NCBI GenBank assembly: GCA_021154785.1
Contig: JAJKHX010000321.1
Location: 1-43,953 of the forward strand
Origin: Nocardiopsis sp.
GTDB taxonomy: Bacteria; Actinomycetota; Actinomycetes; Streptosporangiales; Streptosporangiaceae
DNA: 43,953 bases
Direction: 5' to 3'
Shown here: positions 25,539 through 33,597 of the stretch, piece after piece
Position numbering within the stretch: the first letter of the stretch is position 1
Layout: the number at the start of each line of letters is the position of its first letter
The notes under the pieces: generated by a model
Databases searched by the model: none
What the model saw: only the letters and a program-made list of their open reading frames with translations
What the model was told of the DNA's origin: nothing
Position numbers and translations under genes: made by a program

Positions 25539-26507
25539 TCAGGTGCTGGCGAACTGGCTGGCTCTGACGTTCATGAGCAGGTCCCTGAACTTAGCGGGTT
25601 CTTCCAGGTGAGGCGAGTGCGCCGACGATTCGAACCACACCAGTTCCTTGCTCGGCGCCGTCAGCGATTCATAGAACCGCTGCGCCGCCTCCCCGGGTGC
25701 CACCTGGTCCAGGCGGCCCTGCGCCATGACCACGGGCACGTCGAGGCGCGGCACGGTGTTAACCAGGTCGGTGCTGGCCAGCTGGGGCAGCAGCGCCGCC
25801 TGTGACGCGACGAACCCGCGCAGCGTGCGGATGACAGCCGCGGCGGGATAGTCGGGCGAGCGGACCAGGCTGACGAGCAGCGCGCGCAGCAGGCTGTTGA
25901 AGGTCGCGTTGGCCGTTACGCCTCCGAAGTTGGCCACCCAGCGGGCCCGGGTAGTGAACTGCCTCATCGTCGTGTGCGGCGGCGGCCCGATGGCTTCCAG
26001 CTGCCGGATCGCGCGGCGATGCCCGCGCTGGCGGGCAGCGTCGAGCGCGAAATCGTAGGCGTTGTCTTCCGCCATCGGCACGTCGATGTCCATGCCGGTC
26101 GCTACCAGTGCCGCCACGAGCTCCGGGCGCCGCACGGCGGCGTACGCCGCGAACGTCGCGCCGAAAGAAAACCCGGCGACCACTGTCTTGCCGCCGAACC
26201 GGTCGTGGAGGACCTCCAGCAGCGTCACCGTGTCGTCGACCATCCGGGTCACGCTGATTTCGAACTGGTTCGAGTTCTTGCCGAACGGTCGTGATGACAG
26301 GCCAGTGCCCCGCTGGTCCCAGTAGACGACCGTAAAGGCATCCTCCAACCCGAGAAGGTGCTCCAGGCGCGTCGCGTCATTGATTATCGGCAGGCCAGGG
26401 CCCTGCTGCATCAGCAGGAGCACCGGGTTGGCCACGTCCGCCCCGCGGACCCGGATCCACTGAGTGATGCCGCCGAGCTGAATCCCCTCCAGCGAGTCGA
26501 TCTTCAT
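25539..26507 (-). CDS. alpha/beta hydrolase (proline iminopeptidase-like)
   Basis: 322 aa. It has 'VLLLMQQGPG', 'YWDQRGTGLS', the nucleophile elbow 'GFSFGA', and a C-terminal 'SAHSPHLEEP'. The ATGA start/stop overlap with the upstream gene (26504..26507) implies translational coupling. Confidence 0.85.
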   Translation of the reverse strand: MKIDSLEGIQLGGITQWIRVRGADVANPVLLLMQQGPGLPIINDATRLEHLLGLEDAFTVVYWDQRGTGLSSRPFGKNSNQFEISVTRMVDDTVTLLEVLHDRFGGKTVVAGFSFGATFAAYAAVRRPELVAALVATGMDIDVPMAEDNAYDFALDAARQRGHRRAIRQLEAIGPPPHTTMRQFTTRARWVANFGGVTANATFNSLLRALLVSLVRSPDYPAAAVIRTLRGFVASQAALLPQLASTDLVNTVPRLDVPVVMAQGRLDQVAPGEAAQRFYESLTAPSKELVWFESSAHSPHLEEPAKFRDLLMNVRASQFAST

Positions 26508-27556
26508 CTCATTCCTCCCGCAGGCATTCCTGGCACCGCAGGCTGGCCGTCGACCGCCACCTCAGCGCCGGTTGCGTCGGTGACCAGGCCGGCGCCGAAC
26601 AGCTGGCCGGGGGTCCACGCGCCGGGCCTGGCTCCGGCCAGAACGCGCCGGGCTGTTTCGGCGGCGATGGCAGCCGTTGCGCGGACGCCTTCGCCGAGGC
26701 GGAGTTCGGCGGTGAATGTCTGCCCGTCCGGCCCGGTGGCCTCCGCCCAGGCCCACGAACCAGTTCCGCTGCCGGGCGCGGCCGGGTCCGCGATGTACGC
26801 CACGACGTTGGCGGCGCCGCTGGCTAGCCGAGCCGTCTCCAGGTCACCGACCGGCCCGGGCAGCATCTGCCGCTGAGCGCCGCCGAAGGTCAGGACCGTG
26901 GCGCCGCGGCCGAGAGCCTCCCGGACCACCTGACCGTCGCGGTAGGTCATGGCGACGCCTTGGGACAGGGACTCCTGGATCGTCTGGCGCACCCCGTCGC
27001 TGCGGTGGGCCACCTCCGCGGCGGCCGCGACCCGGACCAGGCCAGGCACCGTGCCCATCTGACCGGCCAGGCGCAGGACCAGCGTCTCGGTCGCGGCCGG
27101 GCCGAACCCGGCTCCGGTCACCAGCGTGACCCCGTGCGCGCGGGCCTGGTCGCCGCGGTCAAGCAGTCCCCGGACCGCGGCCCATTCGTTGGCGATGTCC
27201 ACATAGGGCACTCCGGCGGCCAGGCAGGCGTCGATCACCGGGCCGGCCTGGCGGGCGAACGGCCCGATCGTGGACAAGACCAGCCTGACCCCGGCGATCA
27301 CCCCGGCCAGTGAGGCCGCGTCGCCCGCCTCGACGGTACGCACGCCGGCCGTCGTCGCACCGTCAGCGGCGCTCAGAGCCCGGGCGAGATCCTCCAGCGG
27401 GCCACGGCGGCGGCCGGCCAGCCGGACGGACAGGCCGCGGGCAGCTAGCTCAGCCGCGATGAGCCGGCCGCTGTTTCCCGCCGCCCCCAGCAGCAGCACA
27501 TCCCTTGCCGCCTGATCGCGATCGCTGACAACACCGGTCTTCGCTGCCGTGGTCAC
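26504..27556 (-). CDS. saccharopine dehydrogenase-like NAD(P)-binding oxidoreductase
   Basis: 350 aa with the N-terminal Rossmann motif 'VLLLGAAGNSGRLIAAELAARG'. The overall Ala/Gly-rich two-domain layout resembles Sacchrp_dh_NADP proteins. Confidence 0.8.
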   Translation of the reverse strand: MTTAAKTGVVSDRDQAARDVLLLGAAGNSGRLIAAELAARGLSVRLAGRRRGPLEDLARALSAADGATTAGVRTVEAGDAASLAGVIAGVRLVLSTIGPFARQAGPVIDACLAAGVPYVDIANEWAAVRGLLDRGDQARAHGVTLVTGAGFGPAATETLVLRLAGQMGTVPGLVRVAAAAEVAHRSDGVRQTIQESLSQGVAMTYRDGQVVREALGRGATVLTFGGAQRQMLPGPVGDLETARLASGAANVVAYIADPAAPGSGTGSWAWAEATGPDGQTFTAELRLGEGVRATAAIAAETARRVLAGARPGAWTPGQLFGAGLVTDATGAEVAVDGQPAVPGMPAGGMR

Positions 27557-27661
27557 GGCGCACCTCTCGTCGGCTGAACCCGGTCCCGGGCCTGACTCAC
27601 CCAGGCTGCCGCCGCCACCCCGCTACGTCAGTGACCTCAGTCGTGCGCCGGACGACTAAAG

Positions 27662-28387
27662 TCACTGGGCCGCCGGGCCACCGGACTCGGCGTACAGCCG
27701 GGCCGGGTCGAGGATCACGACGCTGTCCGCCGCGGTGGCCACGATCCCGGCCGCCCGCAGGTCACGCAGCGCCCGGGCCACCACCTCGCGGACCGACCCG
27801 GTCGCATCTGCCAGTTCCTGCTGCGACACGGGGGCCACCAGGCGGTTACCAGGCTGCAGCCGGTCGGAGGCGAGATCGAGCAGATGAGTGGCGACGCGCT
27901 GGCGTACCGACCCGAACGCGTTGACCGCGGTCTGCTCCAGCACCTCGTACAGCCGCCGGTTCAGTTCCTCGGCAATGACCCAGGCCACCCGGGCATCGCG
28001 CCGTGCCGCCTCGGTCAGGGTCCGCCCGCTGATCCGGAGCACGCTCGAGGGATCCACCGTCTGGACGCCGGTACCAGCCGGTCCGCCCACCAGCACCGCG
28101 ATCCCCAGCACATCGCCGGGCCGGGCGTAGCGAACGGTGATCTGCCGCCCGCCCGCGGAACTCAGGTACACCCGGATCAGCCCCCGGACCACCAGCGCCG
28201 CCCGCGGATCGTCACCGGCCCGGTACACCGTCGTCCCCGCCGGGTAGTCGGCCCGCTCTCCTTCAGCCCGCAACCTGCCGGCCAGCTCGGCTGGCAGGTC
28301 CGCGAGGAAACTCCGCGCCAGCGCGTCCTCTATTTCCCGGTCGACCACGCGATCAGGGTACGGCCGCGGATCCGTCCTGAGAAGCAC
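27662..28387 (-). CDS. Crp/Fnr family transcriptional regulator
   Basis: 241 aa with a GTG start. It has the cNMP-binding beta-barrel ('YPAGTTVYRAGDDPRAALVVRGLIRVYLSSAGGRQITVRYARPGDVLG') and a C-terminal HTH 'SQQELADATGSVREVVARALRDLRAAGIV'. Confidence 0.9.
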   Translation of the reverse strand: MLLRTDPRPYPDRVVDREIEDALARSFLADLPAELAGRLRAEGERADYPAGTTVYRAGDDPRAALVVRGLIRVYLSSAGGRQITVRYARPGDVLGIAVLVGGPAGTGVQTVDPSSVLRISGRTLTEAARRDARVAWVIAEELNRRLYEVLEQTAVNAFGSVRQRVATHLLDLASDRLQPGNRLVAPVSQQELADATGSVREVVARALRDLRAAGIVATAADSVVILDPARLYAESGGPAAQ

Positions 28388-28448
28388 TGCCGAAGCAGGC
28401 GCAGATACGACAAGATCCCCACTGCGAAACCGCGAGTGGGGACCTTCC

Positions 28449-28523
28449 TGGTGGGCCGTACTGGATTTGAACCAGTGACCTTCTCCGTGTCAGGGAGACG
28501 CGCTCCCGCTGCGCCAACGGCCC
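28449..28523 (-). tRNA. tRNA-Val (anticodon GAC), CCA encoded
   Basis: The minus-strand sequence is GGGCCGT-TG-GCGC-AGCGGGA-GCGC-G-TCTCC-CTGACAC-GGAGA-AGGTC-ACTGG-TTCAAAT-CCAGT-ACGGCCC-A-CCA. All four stems pair perfectly (7/4/5/5 bp). The T-loop is TTCAAAT and the anticodon loop is CT-GAC-AC. Confidence 0.95.
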
Positions 28524-28573
28524 GAGATGACGAGAGCCTACCAGAGCCGCGCGTCCTCTGCGCACTCCCGCGT

Positions 28574-28740
28574 CTAGCCCTTCAGGGCCGCCGTGAACGC
28601 TGCCCACGCCTCGCGAGTGAACGCGGATGTTTGTCCTGCGGTGCGAGATCCTCCCCAGCTACGTCTGGGCGAGGGTGCCCGGTGAGCGGATCTCAGCGTC
28701 CCGCCGGTCCGATCTCGACGCACCATCGACCCCACCTGTC
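28574..28740 (-). pseudogene. possible DUF397 (WhiJ-cluster small protein) remnant, frameshifted
   Basis: One minus-strand frame reads 'RWGRWCVEIGPAGR*' (compare the DUF397 'CVEVA' block). A second frame reads 'SRTAGQTSAFTREAWAAFTAALKG*' (compare 'GPxLxFTxxEWxAFxxxxKxG'). There is no start codon, and the two blocks are in different frames. Confidence 0.35.
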
Positions 28741-28758
28741 CCCCTCGCACCATTTCGG

Positions 28759-28814
28759 TTCAGTGGTTGTGGCGTTCTACCGGATAGAGAGGGTAGAGCG
28801 CCACAACCACTGAA
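28759..28814 (-). terminator. very long hairpin (23-bp stem, 10-nt loop) between the ECF sigma gene and tRNA-Val
   Basis: TTCAGTGGTTGTGGCG (28759..28774) pairs perfectly with CGCCACAACCACTGAA (28799..28814). The stem continues through TTCTACC/GGTAGAG with one G.T. The loop is GGATAGAGAG. A second small hairpin, AGCCC-gctgaa-GGGCT (28821..28836), sits right after the sigma stop. It could be a terminator, but the stem is longer than usual. Confidence 0.4.
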
Positions 28815-28849
28815 TTTCAGAGCCCGCTGAAGGGCTTACGGGACAGGCA

Positions 28850-29866
28850 CTACCCGTCGAGTGCCAGCGGCAGACCGAACCTCCCCAGGTTCCCGTTATC
28901 CACGAACCGCGTAACCGCGGAAATGCGGCCACCCGAGAGCGTCAGCACGATCATCCCGTGCGCCCCGAACACCGCATCCGGGCCCTCTTGCAGGTAACAC
29001 CCGAACGCCGGCTGCCCGTTAGCCCGCACCGGCACCAGCCGGTACCGTCGCGGCCCCCGCCAGCGACGGATATCCCGCAGGAAGCCCGCGATCGCCTCCG
29101 GACCCTGGAACTCCAGCGTCGCCGGCGGCATGGTGAACCACGCGTCCTCGGTCAGCAGCGCCACCACCGCGTCGATGTCGTCAAGAGCGAACGCGGTGGC
29201 GAACCGCCCGGCGACGTCTCGCTCCCGAGCCGAACGAGGCCACGGTGCCCGCTCCCGCCCCGGTCCCGGCAGCCGCTGGGCCATCGTCGCCCGCGCCCGC
29301 TGCAGCGCGCTGTTCACCGAGGCCTCGCTGCTCTGGAGCATGTCCGCCACCTCGGCGGCCCGGAAACCCAGCACGTCCCGGAGTACGAGCACCGCCCGCT
29401 GCCGGGCCGGCAGATGCTGGACGGCGCTGACAAAAGCCAGCGCCACCGCCTCCTTGGCTTCGTACTGAGCCTCGGGACCCGCCCCCGTATCGGGGAGTCC
29501 CTCGAGCAGGGCGTCCGGGTACGGCTCCAGCCACACCGGCTCACCCCGCCGGGTCGGCTCGACGGTGAGGAAATCCGGCCCGGCGGGCACCGGCCGCGGC
29601 CGGCGTTCACTGGCCCGCAGCGCGTTCAGGCACCGGTTCGTCGCGATCCGGTACAGCCAGGTGCGCAGCGACGCCCGCTGCTCGTATCGGCCGAGCCCCC
29701 GCCAGGCGGCCAGCAGTGTCTCCTGCAGGGCATCCTCCGCGTCCTGCACCGAACCGAGGATCCGGTAGCAGTGCAGCCGCAGCTCGCCCAGGTACGGATC
29801 GGTCAGCTCACCGAACGCCCGGTCGTCCCCGCCCCGGGCCTGCTCCAGCGTCGCCTCAGTCGCCAC
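28850..29866 (-). CDS. ECF-type RNA polymerase sigma-70 factor with C-terminal SnoaL/NTF2-like extension (SigG/TIGR02960-like)
   Basis: 338 aa. Region 2 reads 'YLGELRLHCYRILGSVQDAEDALQETLLAAWRGLGRYEQRASLRTWLYRIATNRCLNALR'. Region 4 reads 'LPARQRAVLVLRDVLGFRAAEVADMLQSSEASVNSALQRARATM'. An extra ~130-aa C-terminal domain follows ('...FTMPPATLEFQG...GMIVLTLSGGRISAVTRF'). Confidence 0.9.
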   Translation of the reverse strand: MATEATLEQARGGDDRAFGELTDPYLGELRLHCYRILGSVQDAEDALQETLLAAWRGLGRYEQRASLRTWLYRIATNRCLNALRASERRPRPVPAGPDFLTVEPTRRGEPVWLEPYPDALLEGLPDTGAGPEAQYEAKEAVALAFVSAVQHLPARQRAVLVLRDVLGFRAAEVADMLQSSEASVNSALQRARATMAQRLPGPGRERAPWPRSARERDVAGRFATAFALDDIDAVVALLTEDAWFTMPPATLEFQGPEAIAGFLRDIRRWRGPRRYRLVPVRANGQPAFGCYLQEGPDAVFGAHGMIVLTLSGGRISAVTRFVDNGNLGRFGLPLALDG

Positions 29867-29959
29867 GAAGGTACAGACACCGCGGGCGCGCGAAAGTCAT
29901 CGCTCAGCCGGCCGCAAGCCCGGTGTCAGTACCTAGTGACAGACCACGAGGAGGAGAAC

Positions 29960-31390
29960 GTGAGCACGAACGAAACGTCGGGAGGACAGCGCTGGGTACT
30001 CGCGCTGACCTCGGCGGCGTCCCTGATGGTGTCGCTGGACACCCAGGTGGTGGCGACGGCGCTGCCGGTGATCCGGCTGAAACTGCACGCGTCGCTGGCC
30101 ACCCTGGAGTGGACGGTGAACGCCTACACGCTGAGCTTCGCCGTGCTGCTGCTGACCGGCGCGGCGCTGGGGGAGCGGCTAGGCCGGCGGCAGATGCTGG
30201 CCGCCGGGGTCGGCCTGTTCGCCGCGGCCTCGGCCGCGTGCGCGCTGGCGCAGAACGCCACCGCCCTGATCGCGGCCCGGGCCGTGCAGGGCGCGGGCGC
30301 GGCGCTGATGCTCCCGCTGGCCCTGGCCCTGCTGTCCGCGGCGTTCCCGCCGCAGCGCCGCGCCTGGGCCCTCGGGATCTTCAGCAGCGTGACCGGGATC
30401 GCGGTGCTGGCCGGCCCGGTTGTCGGCGGCGCGGTCACCCAGGGCCTGGACTGGCCGTGGATCTTCTGGCTGAACGTCCCCATCGGCCTGCTCATGATCC
30501 CGCTGATAAAAATCAAGATCCCAGCGACCGAACGAGTTCCCACCCGCCTCGATCCAGCCGGACTCATCCTGGCCACCGGCGGCGCCCTCGGCATCGTCTG
30601 GGCCCTGATCCGCGCCAGCAGCCTGGGCTGGGCCAGCCCCGAGATCGCCGGCCCGCTGGCGGCCGGGATCGTGCTGGCGGCGGCCTTCGTCGCCTGGGAA
30701 CTGCGCGCCGCCGCCCCGATGGTACCGGTCCGGCTGTTCCGCTCGCCGCCCGTCGCCGCGGGTAACGTGGCCACCTTCGCCGTCTTCGCCCTGCTCATGG
30801 CCATGGTGTTCTTCATGGCGCAGTTCCTGGAAACCGGCCTGGGCTACGGCCCGCTCGGCGCCGGGCTGCGGCTGCTGCCCGGCTGGGCCACCCTGGCGGT
30901 GATCGCGCCGTTCGCCGGGACGCTCATCGGCTGGGTGGGGGAGCGCCCGCTGGTGGCCGGCGGCCTGGCCGTGACGGCCGGCGCCATGACCTGGATCGCG
31001 CTGATCGCCCGGCCCGGACTGCCGTACGGGCAGCTGGTCGCGCCGCTGCTGCTGGCGGGCTGCGGGGTGTCGGTGGCCATACCGGCCACCATGAGCGCGG
31101 TGATGACCGCCGTGCCGTCCGCCGCCATCGGCCCGGCCTCCGGCACCCTCAACATGCTCCGCCAGCTCGGCGGGGTGTTCGGCGTCGCGATCTGCGCCGT
31201 CGTCTTCGCCGCCGGCGGCCGCTACGGATCGCCCGCCACGTTCACCGCCGGCTTCCGGCCGGCCATGGGCGCCTGCGCCGGGCTGGCCCTGCTCGGCGCG
31301 CTGGCCGGCCTGGTCATCCCCGGCCGCGCCCCGTCCCCGTCACCAGTACCAGCGGAAAACCGTCCATCCACGATCACGATCAGGAGCTAG
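29960..31390 (+). CDS. MFS transporter, DHA2 family
   Basis: This is the C-terminal 476 aa of track ORF 28958..31390, starting at GTG 29960 with GAGGAGGAG 6 nt upstream. It has 'WVLALTSAASLMVSLDTQVVATALPVI', 'GERLGRRQMLAAGVGLFAAAS' and 14 hydrophobic segments. The upstream part of the ORF is antisense to the sigma gene. Confidence 0.9.
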   Translation: MSTNETSGGQRWVLALTSAASLMVSLDTQVVATALPVIRLKLHASLATLEWTVNAYTLSFAVLLLTGAALGERLGRRQMLAAGVGLFAAASAACALAQNATALIAARAVQGAGAALMLPLALALLSAAFPPQRRAWALGIFSSVTGIAVLAGPVVGGAVTQGLDWPWIFWLNVPIGLLMIPLIKIKIPATERVPTRLDPAGLILATGGALGIVWALIRASSLGWASPEIAGPLAAGIVLAAAFVAWELRAAAPMVPVRLFRSPPVAAGNVATFAVFALLMAMVFFMAQFLETGLGYGPLGAGLRLLPGWATLAVIAPFAGTLIGWVGERPLVAGGLAVTAGAMTWIALIARPGLPYGQLVAPLLLAGCGVSVAIPATMSAVMTAVPSAAIGPASGTLNMLRQLGGVFGVAICAVVFAAGGRYGSPATFTAGFRPAMGACAGLALLGALAGLVIPGRAPSPSPVPAENRPSTITIRS

Positions 31391-31392
31391 CC

Positions 31393-31695
31393 ATGCCGCA
31401 GAGCATCATCCGCTACCGGACCACGCCCGGCCAGGCCGAGGCCAACGCCGAGCTCGTCCGCGCTGTCTACGCCGAACTTCACCGCACCAGGCCCGACGGC
31501 TTCCGTTACACCACGCTGCAGCTGGACGACGAGGTGACCTTCGTCCACATCGCCAGGTCCGAGCGCGACCCCAGCCCGATCCTCGAGGTCAGGGCCTTCG
31601 GCGAGTTCCAGGCCGGCATCAGGGAGCGCTGCGCCGAGCCCCCGGTCGCGCAGGCCTTCACCGAGGTCGGTTCGTACCGGTTCTTCGGTGACTAG
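31393..31695 (+). CDS. hypothetical small protein (possibly ABM / dimeric alpha-beta-barrel fold)
   Basis: 100 aa. An AGGAG Shine-Dalgarno lies inside the last codons of the MFS gene, and the ATG is 2 nt after its stop. The size and the beta-alpha-beta pattern ('IIRYRTTPGQAEANAELVRAVYAEL...TFVHIAR') suggest an ABM-like protein. This is not a firm assignment. Confidence 0.6.
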   Translation: MPQSIIRYRTTPGQAEANAELVRAVYAELHRTRPDGFRYTTLQLDDEVTFVHIARSERDPSPILEVRAFGEFQAGIRERCAEPPVAQAFTEVGSYRFFGD

Positions 31696-32669
31696 CAGGC
31701 CTTGATCGTCACGGACACGACCTCGTCCCAGGGCGTCGGCTTCAGGCCGAAGGCCGCCTGGGCGGCCGAGGAGTCCATGACGAACGCGTCGCGGAACTGG
31801 TACTCGGTCTCGCGCAGCTCGCGCATCAGCGGGGAGAACAGCCCGATCCCGCGCAGCAGCACGGAAGGCACGGTGCCGACGCGGACCCGGCCTGACCCGG
31901 ACCCGGCCGCTAGCGCGAGGTCAGTCACGGCCTCGCGCTGGCTGCGCGGCTCGTTCGACGGCGCGTGCCAGGCCTGCCCCCAGGCGCCGGGATTGCTGCC
32001 CGCCACCACCAGCATCGCGGCCACGTCGTCGGTGAACGACCAGGTGTGCGGCTGGTCGGCCCGGCCGAGCACCGAGACGCCCCGGCCCTGGCGGATCCGC
32101 CCGAGGACCCGTTCGCCCAGCGCGCTCTGTGCGCCCGGGCCGACGAAATCGGAGGCGCGGACCTCGGTCGCCCGGACCCGCCCGGCCTGGTGGGCGGCGA
32201 GCGCGTCTTGCCAGACACGGGCCCGGATCCGTCCCTTGGCCCCGGTCGCGGCCAGCGGCGTGGCCTCGGTCATCGGATGCGCCTCGTCGTAGGCGGCGGC
32301 GCCCAGGGAGCGGCCCGCGGGGCCGTAGCCGTACAGGTTCGACAGCGTGACCAGCACCGCCCCGCTGCTCGTCGCGGCGGCGAGCACGCTGGCGGCGATC
32401 GGCGGCCAGTCGGCCGGCCAGCGGTGGTACGGCGGGTTGACGCAGTTGTAGATGGCGGCCGCCCCCTCGGCCAGGCGGGCCATCACCGCCGCGTCCGCCG
32501 CGTCGGCGGCCACGTGCGTGACGCCGGCCGGCGTGCCGGGGCTCTCCGGGGTCCCCGGGACGGAGCCGCGCCGGCTGACCACGGTGACACGATCTCCGCG
32601 CTCGGCCAGCAGCCGGGCGACCCGGCTGCCGATCACGCCTGCGCCGATGACCAGACCTGACTCGCCCAT
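31692..32669 (-). CDS. NAD-dependent epimerase/dehydratase family protein (atypical SDR)
   Basis: I chose ATG 32669 because GGAGG lies 7 nt upstream. It has 'GLVIGAGVIGSRVARLLAERGDRVTVVSR' (Rossmann) and 'YNCVNPPYHRW'. Its stop overlaps the stop of the convergent gene (CTAG, 31692..31695). Confidence 0.85.
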   Translation of the reverse strand: MGESGLVIGAGVIGSRVARLLAERGDRVTVVSRRGSVPGTPESPGTPAGVTHVAADAADAAVMARLAEGAAAIYNCVNPPYHRWPADWPPIAASVLAAATSSGAVLVTLSNLYGYGPAGRSLGAAAYDEAHPMTEATPLAATGAKGRIRARVWQDALAAHQAGRVRATEVRASDFVGPGAQSALGERVLGRIRQGRGVSVLGRADQPHTWSFTDDVAAMLVVAGSNPGAWGQAWHAPSNEPRSQREAVTDLALAAGSGSGRVRVGTVPSVLLRGIGLFSPLMRELRETEYQFRDAFVMDSSAAQAAFGLKPTPWDEVVSVTIKAC

Positions 32670-32702
32670 CGAGACCTCCATATGACTGCCGCTCTCACCA
32701 GT

Positions 32703-32763
32703 GAGCACTGCTCTCGTTTTGATAGTAGGCGATCCGGAACTGAAGTCAAGAGCACTGCCCTCG
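32703..32763. promoter_or_regulatory. two copies of a 14-nt box GAGCACTGC(T/C)CTCG (first copy contains the palindrome GAGCAnTGCTC), a candidate TetR operator
   Basis: The two boxes are 32703..32716 GAGCACTGCTCTCG and 32750..32763 GAGCACTGCCCTCG. They lie in the 133-bp divergent region between the epimerase gene and the tetR gene. Confidence 0.4.
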
Positions 32764-32802
32764 ATTGTTGCTGCCGATCTCGGTCCGTGCGATCATCGGC
32801 GC

Positions 32803-33552
32803 ATGAACGCTGCGAATGACCAGGCCCTCCAGGTCGGAGCGCCGTCCGCGCCGCGCACGGCCCGCGAGCGCGCCCGGGCGGAGATCACCGCCGAGATCCT
32901 GAACGCGGCCCGCGGCTACCTGGCGACCGACGGCGCCCCGGCGCTGAGCCTGCGGGCCATCGCCCGCGACCTCGGCATGGCCTCCTCCGCGCTGTACCGC
33001 TACTTCAGCAGCCGCGATGAGCTGCTGACCAGGCTGATCATCGACGCCTACGACTCACTCGGGGCCGCCGCCGAAGCCGGCGAGGCGACCGCCGACCGCG
33101 ACGACCTAGCCGCCCGCCTCGCCGCTGTCTGCGCGGCGGTCCGGGCCTGGGCACTGGCCCACCCGAACGAGTACGCGCTGATCTACGGCTCACCGGTGCC
33201 CGGCTACGTGGCCCCGGCCGACACCGTGCGGCCCGCCTCCCGGGTCACCGCCCTGGTACTCCGGATCATCGTCGAGGCGGCGCTGGCCGGCCGCATCCCG
33301 GACCCGGACACTCCGGACGCCGAGGCTCAGCCCGTCGCGGCCGCCGTCGCCCCGATCCGTTCCTACCTGCCGCCCGGCGTTCCCGCCCCGCTCGTCCAGC
33401 GCGCGCTCATGGTGTGGACGAACCTGTTCGGCGTCGTCTCGTTCGAGCTCTACGGCCAGCTGCACGGCGTGGTCGGCGAGGAACCAGGCGACCGCGAGGC
33501 CTTCTTCGCCGCCTGCATCCAGCACTGGATCCACCTCACCGGCATCACCTGA
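32803..33552 (+). CDS. TetR/AcrR family transcriptional regulator
   Basis: I chose the internal ATG 32803. The HTH reads 'ILNAARGYLATDGAPALSLRAIARDLGMASSALYRYFSSRDELLTRLI'. A C-terminal 'WALAHPNEYALIYG' (WHG-like) domain is present. Confidence 0.9.
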   Translation: MNAANDQALQVGAPSAPRTARERARAEITAEILNAARGYLATDGAPALSLRAIARDLGMASSALYRYFSSRDELLTRLIIDAYDSLGAAAEAGEATADRDDLAARLAAVCAAVRAWALAHPNEYALIYGSPVPGYVAPADTVRPASRVTALVLRIIVEAALAGRIPDPDTPDAEAQPVAAAVAPIRSYLPPGVPAPLVQRALMVWTNLFGVVSFELYGQLHGVVGEEPGDREAFFAACIQHWIHLTGIT

Positions 33553-33597
33553 CCGTGTGGTACAGGTGGGTCAGAGATCATCTGGTTCAAGAAGAGG

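Noticed and set aside
28388-28523. tRNA-Val as an integration site for a genomic island
   Set aside because: There is no integrase, excisionase or transposase anywhere in the window. Reading by eye, I did not find a second copy of the tRNA 3' segment (GGTTCAAATCCAGTACGGCCCACCA). A systematic repeat search would be needed to exclude it fully.
28958-29959. N-terminal 334 aa of track ORF 28958..31390
   Set aside because: It is antisense to the ECF sigma factor gene and R/P-rich. The MFS similarity and a GAGGAGGAG Shine-Dalgarno begin at GTG 29960.
31692-31695. Convergent genes sharing the palindromic CTAG as overlapping stop codons
   Set aside because: It is real in the sequence, but such overlaps of convergent stops are common in compact GC-rich genomes. 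I attach no special significance to it.
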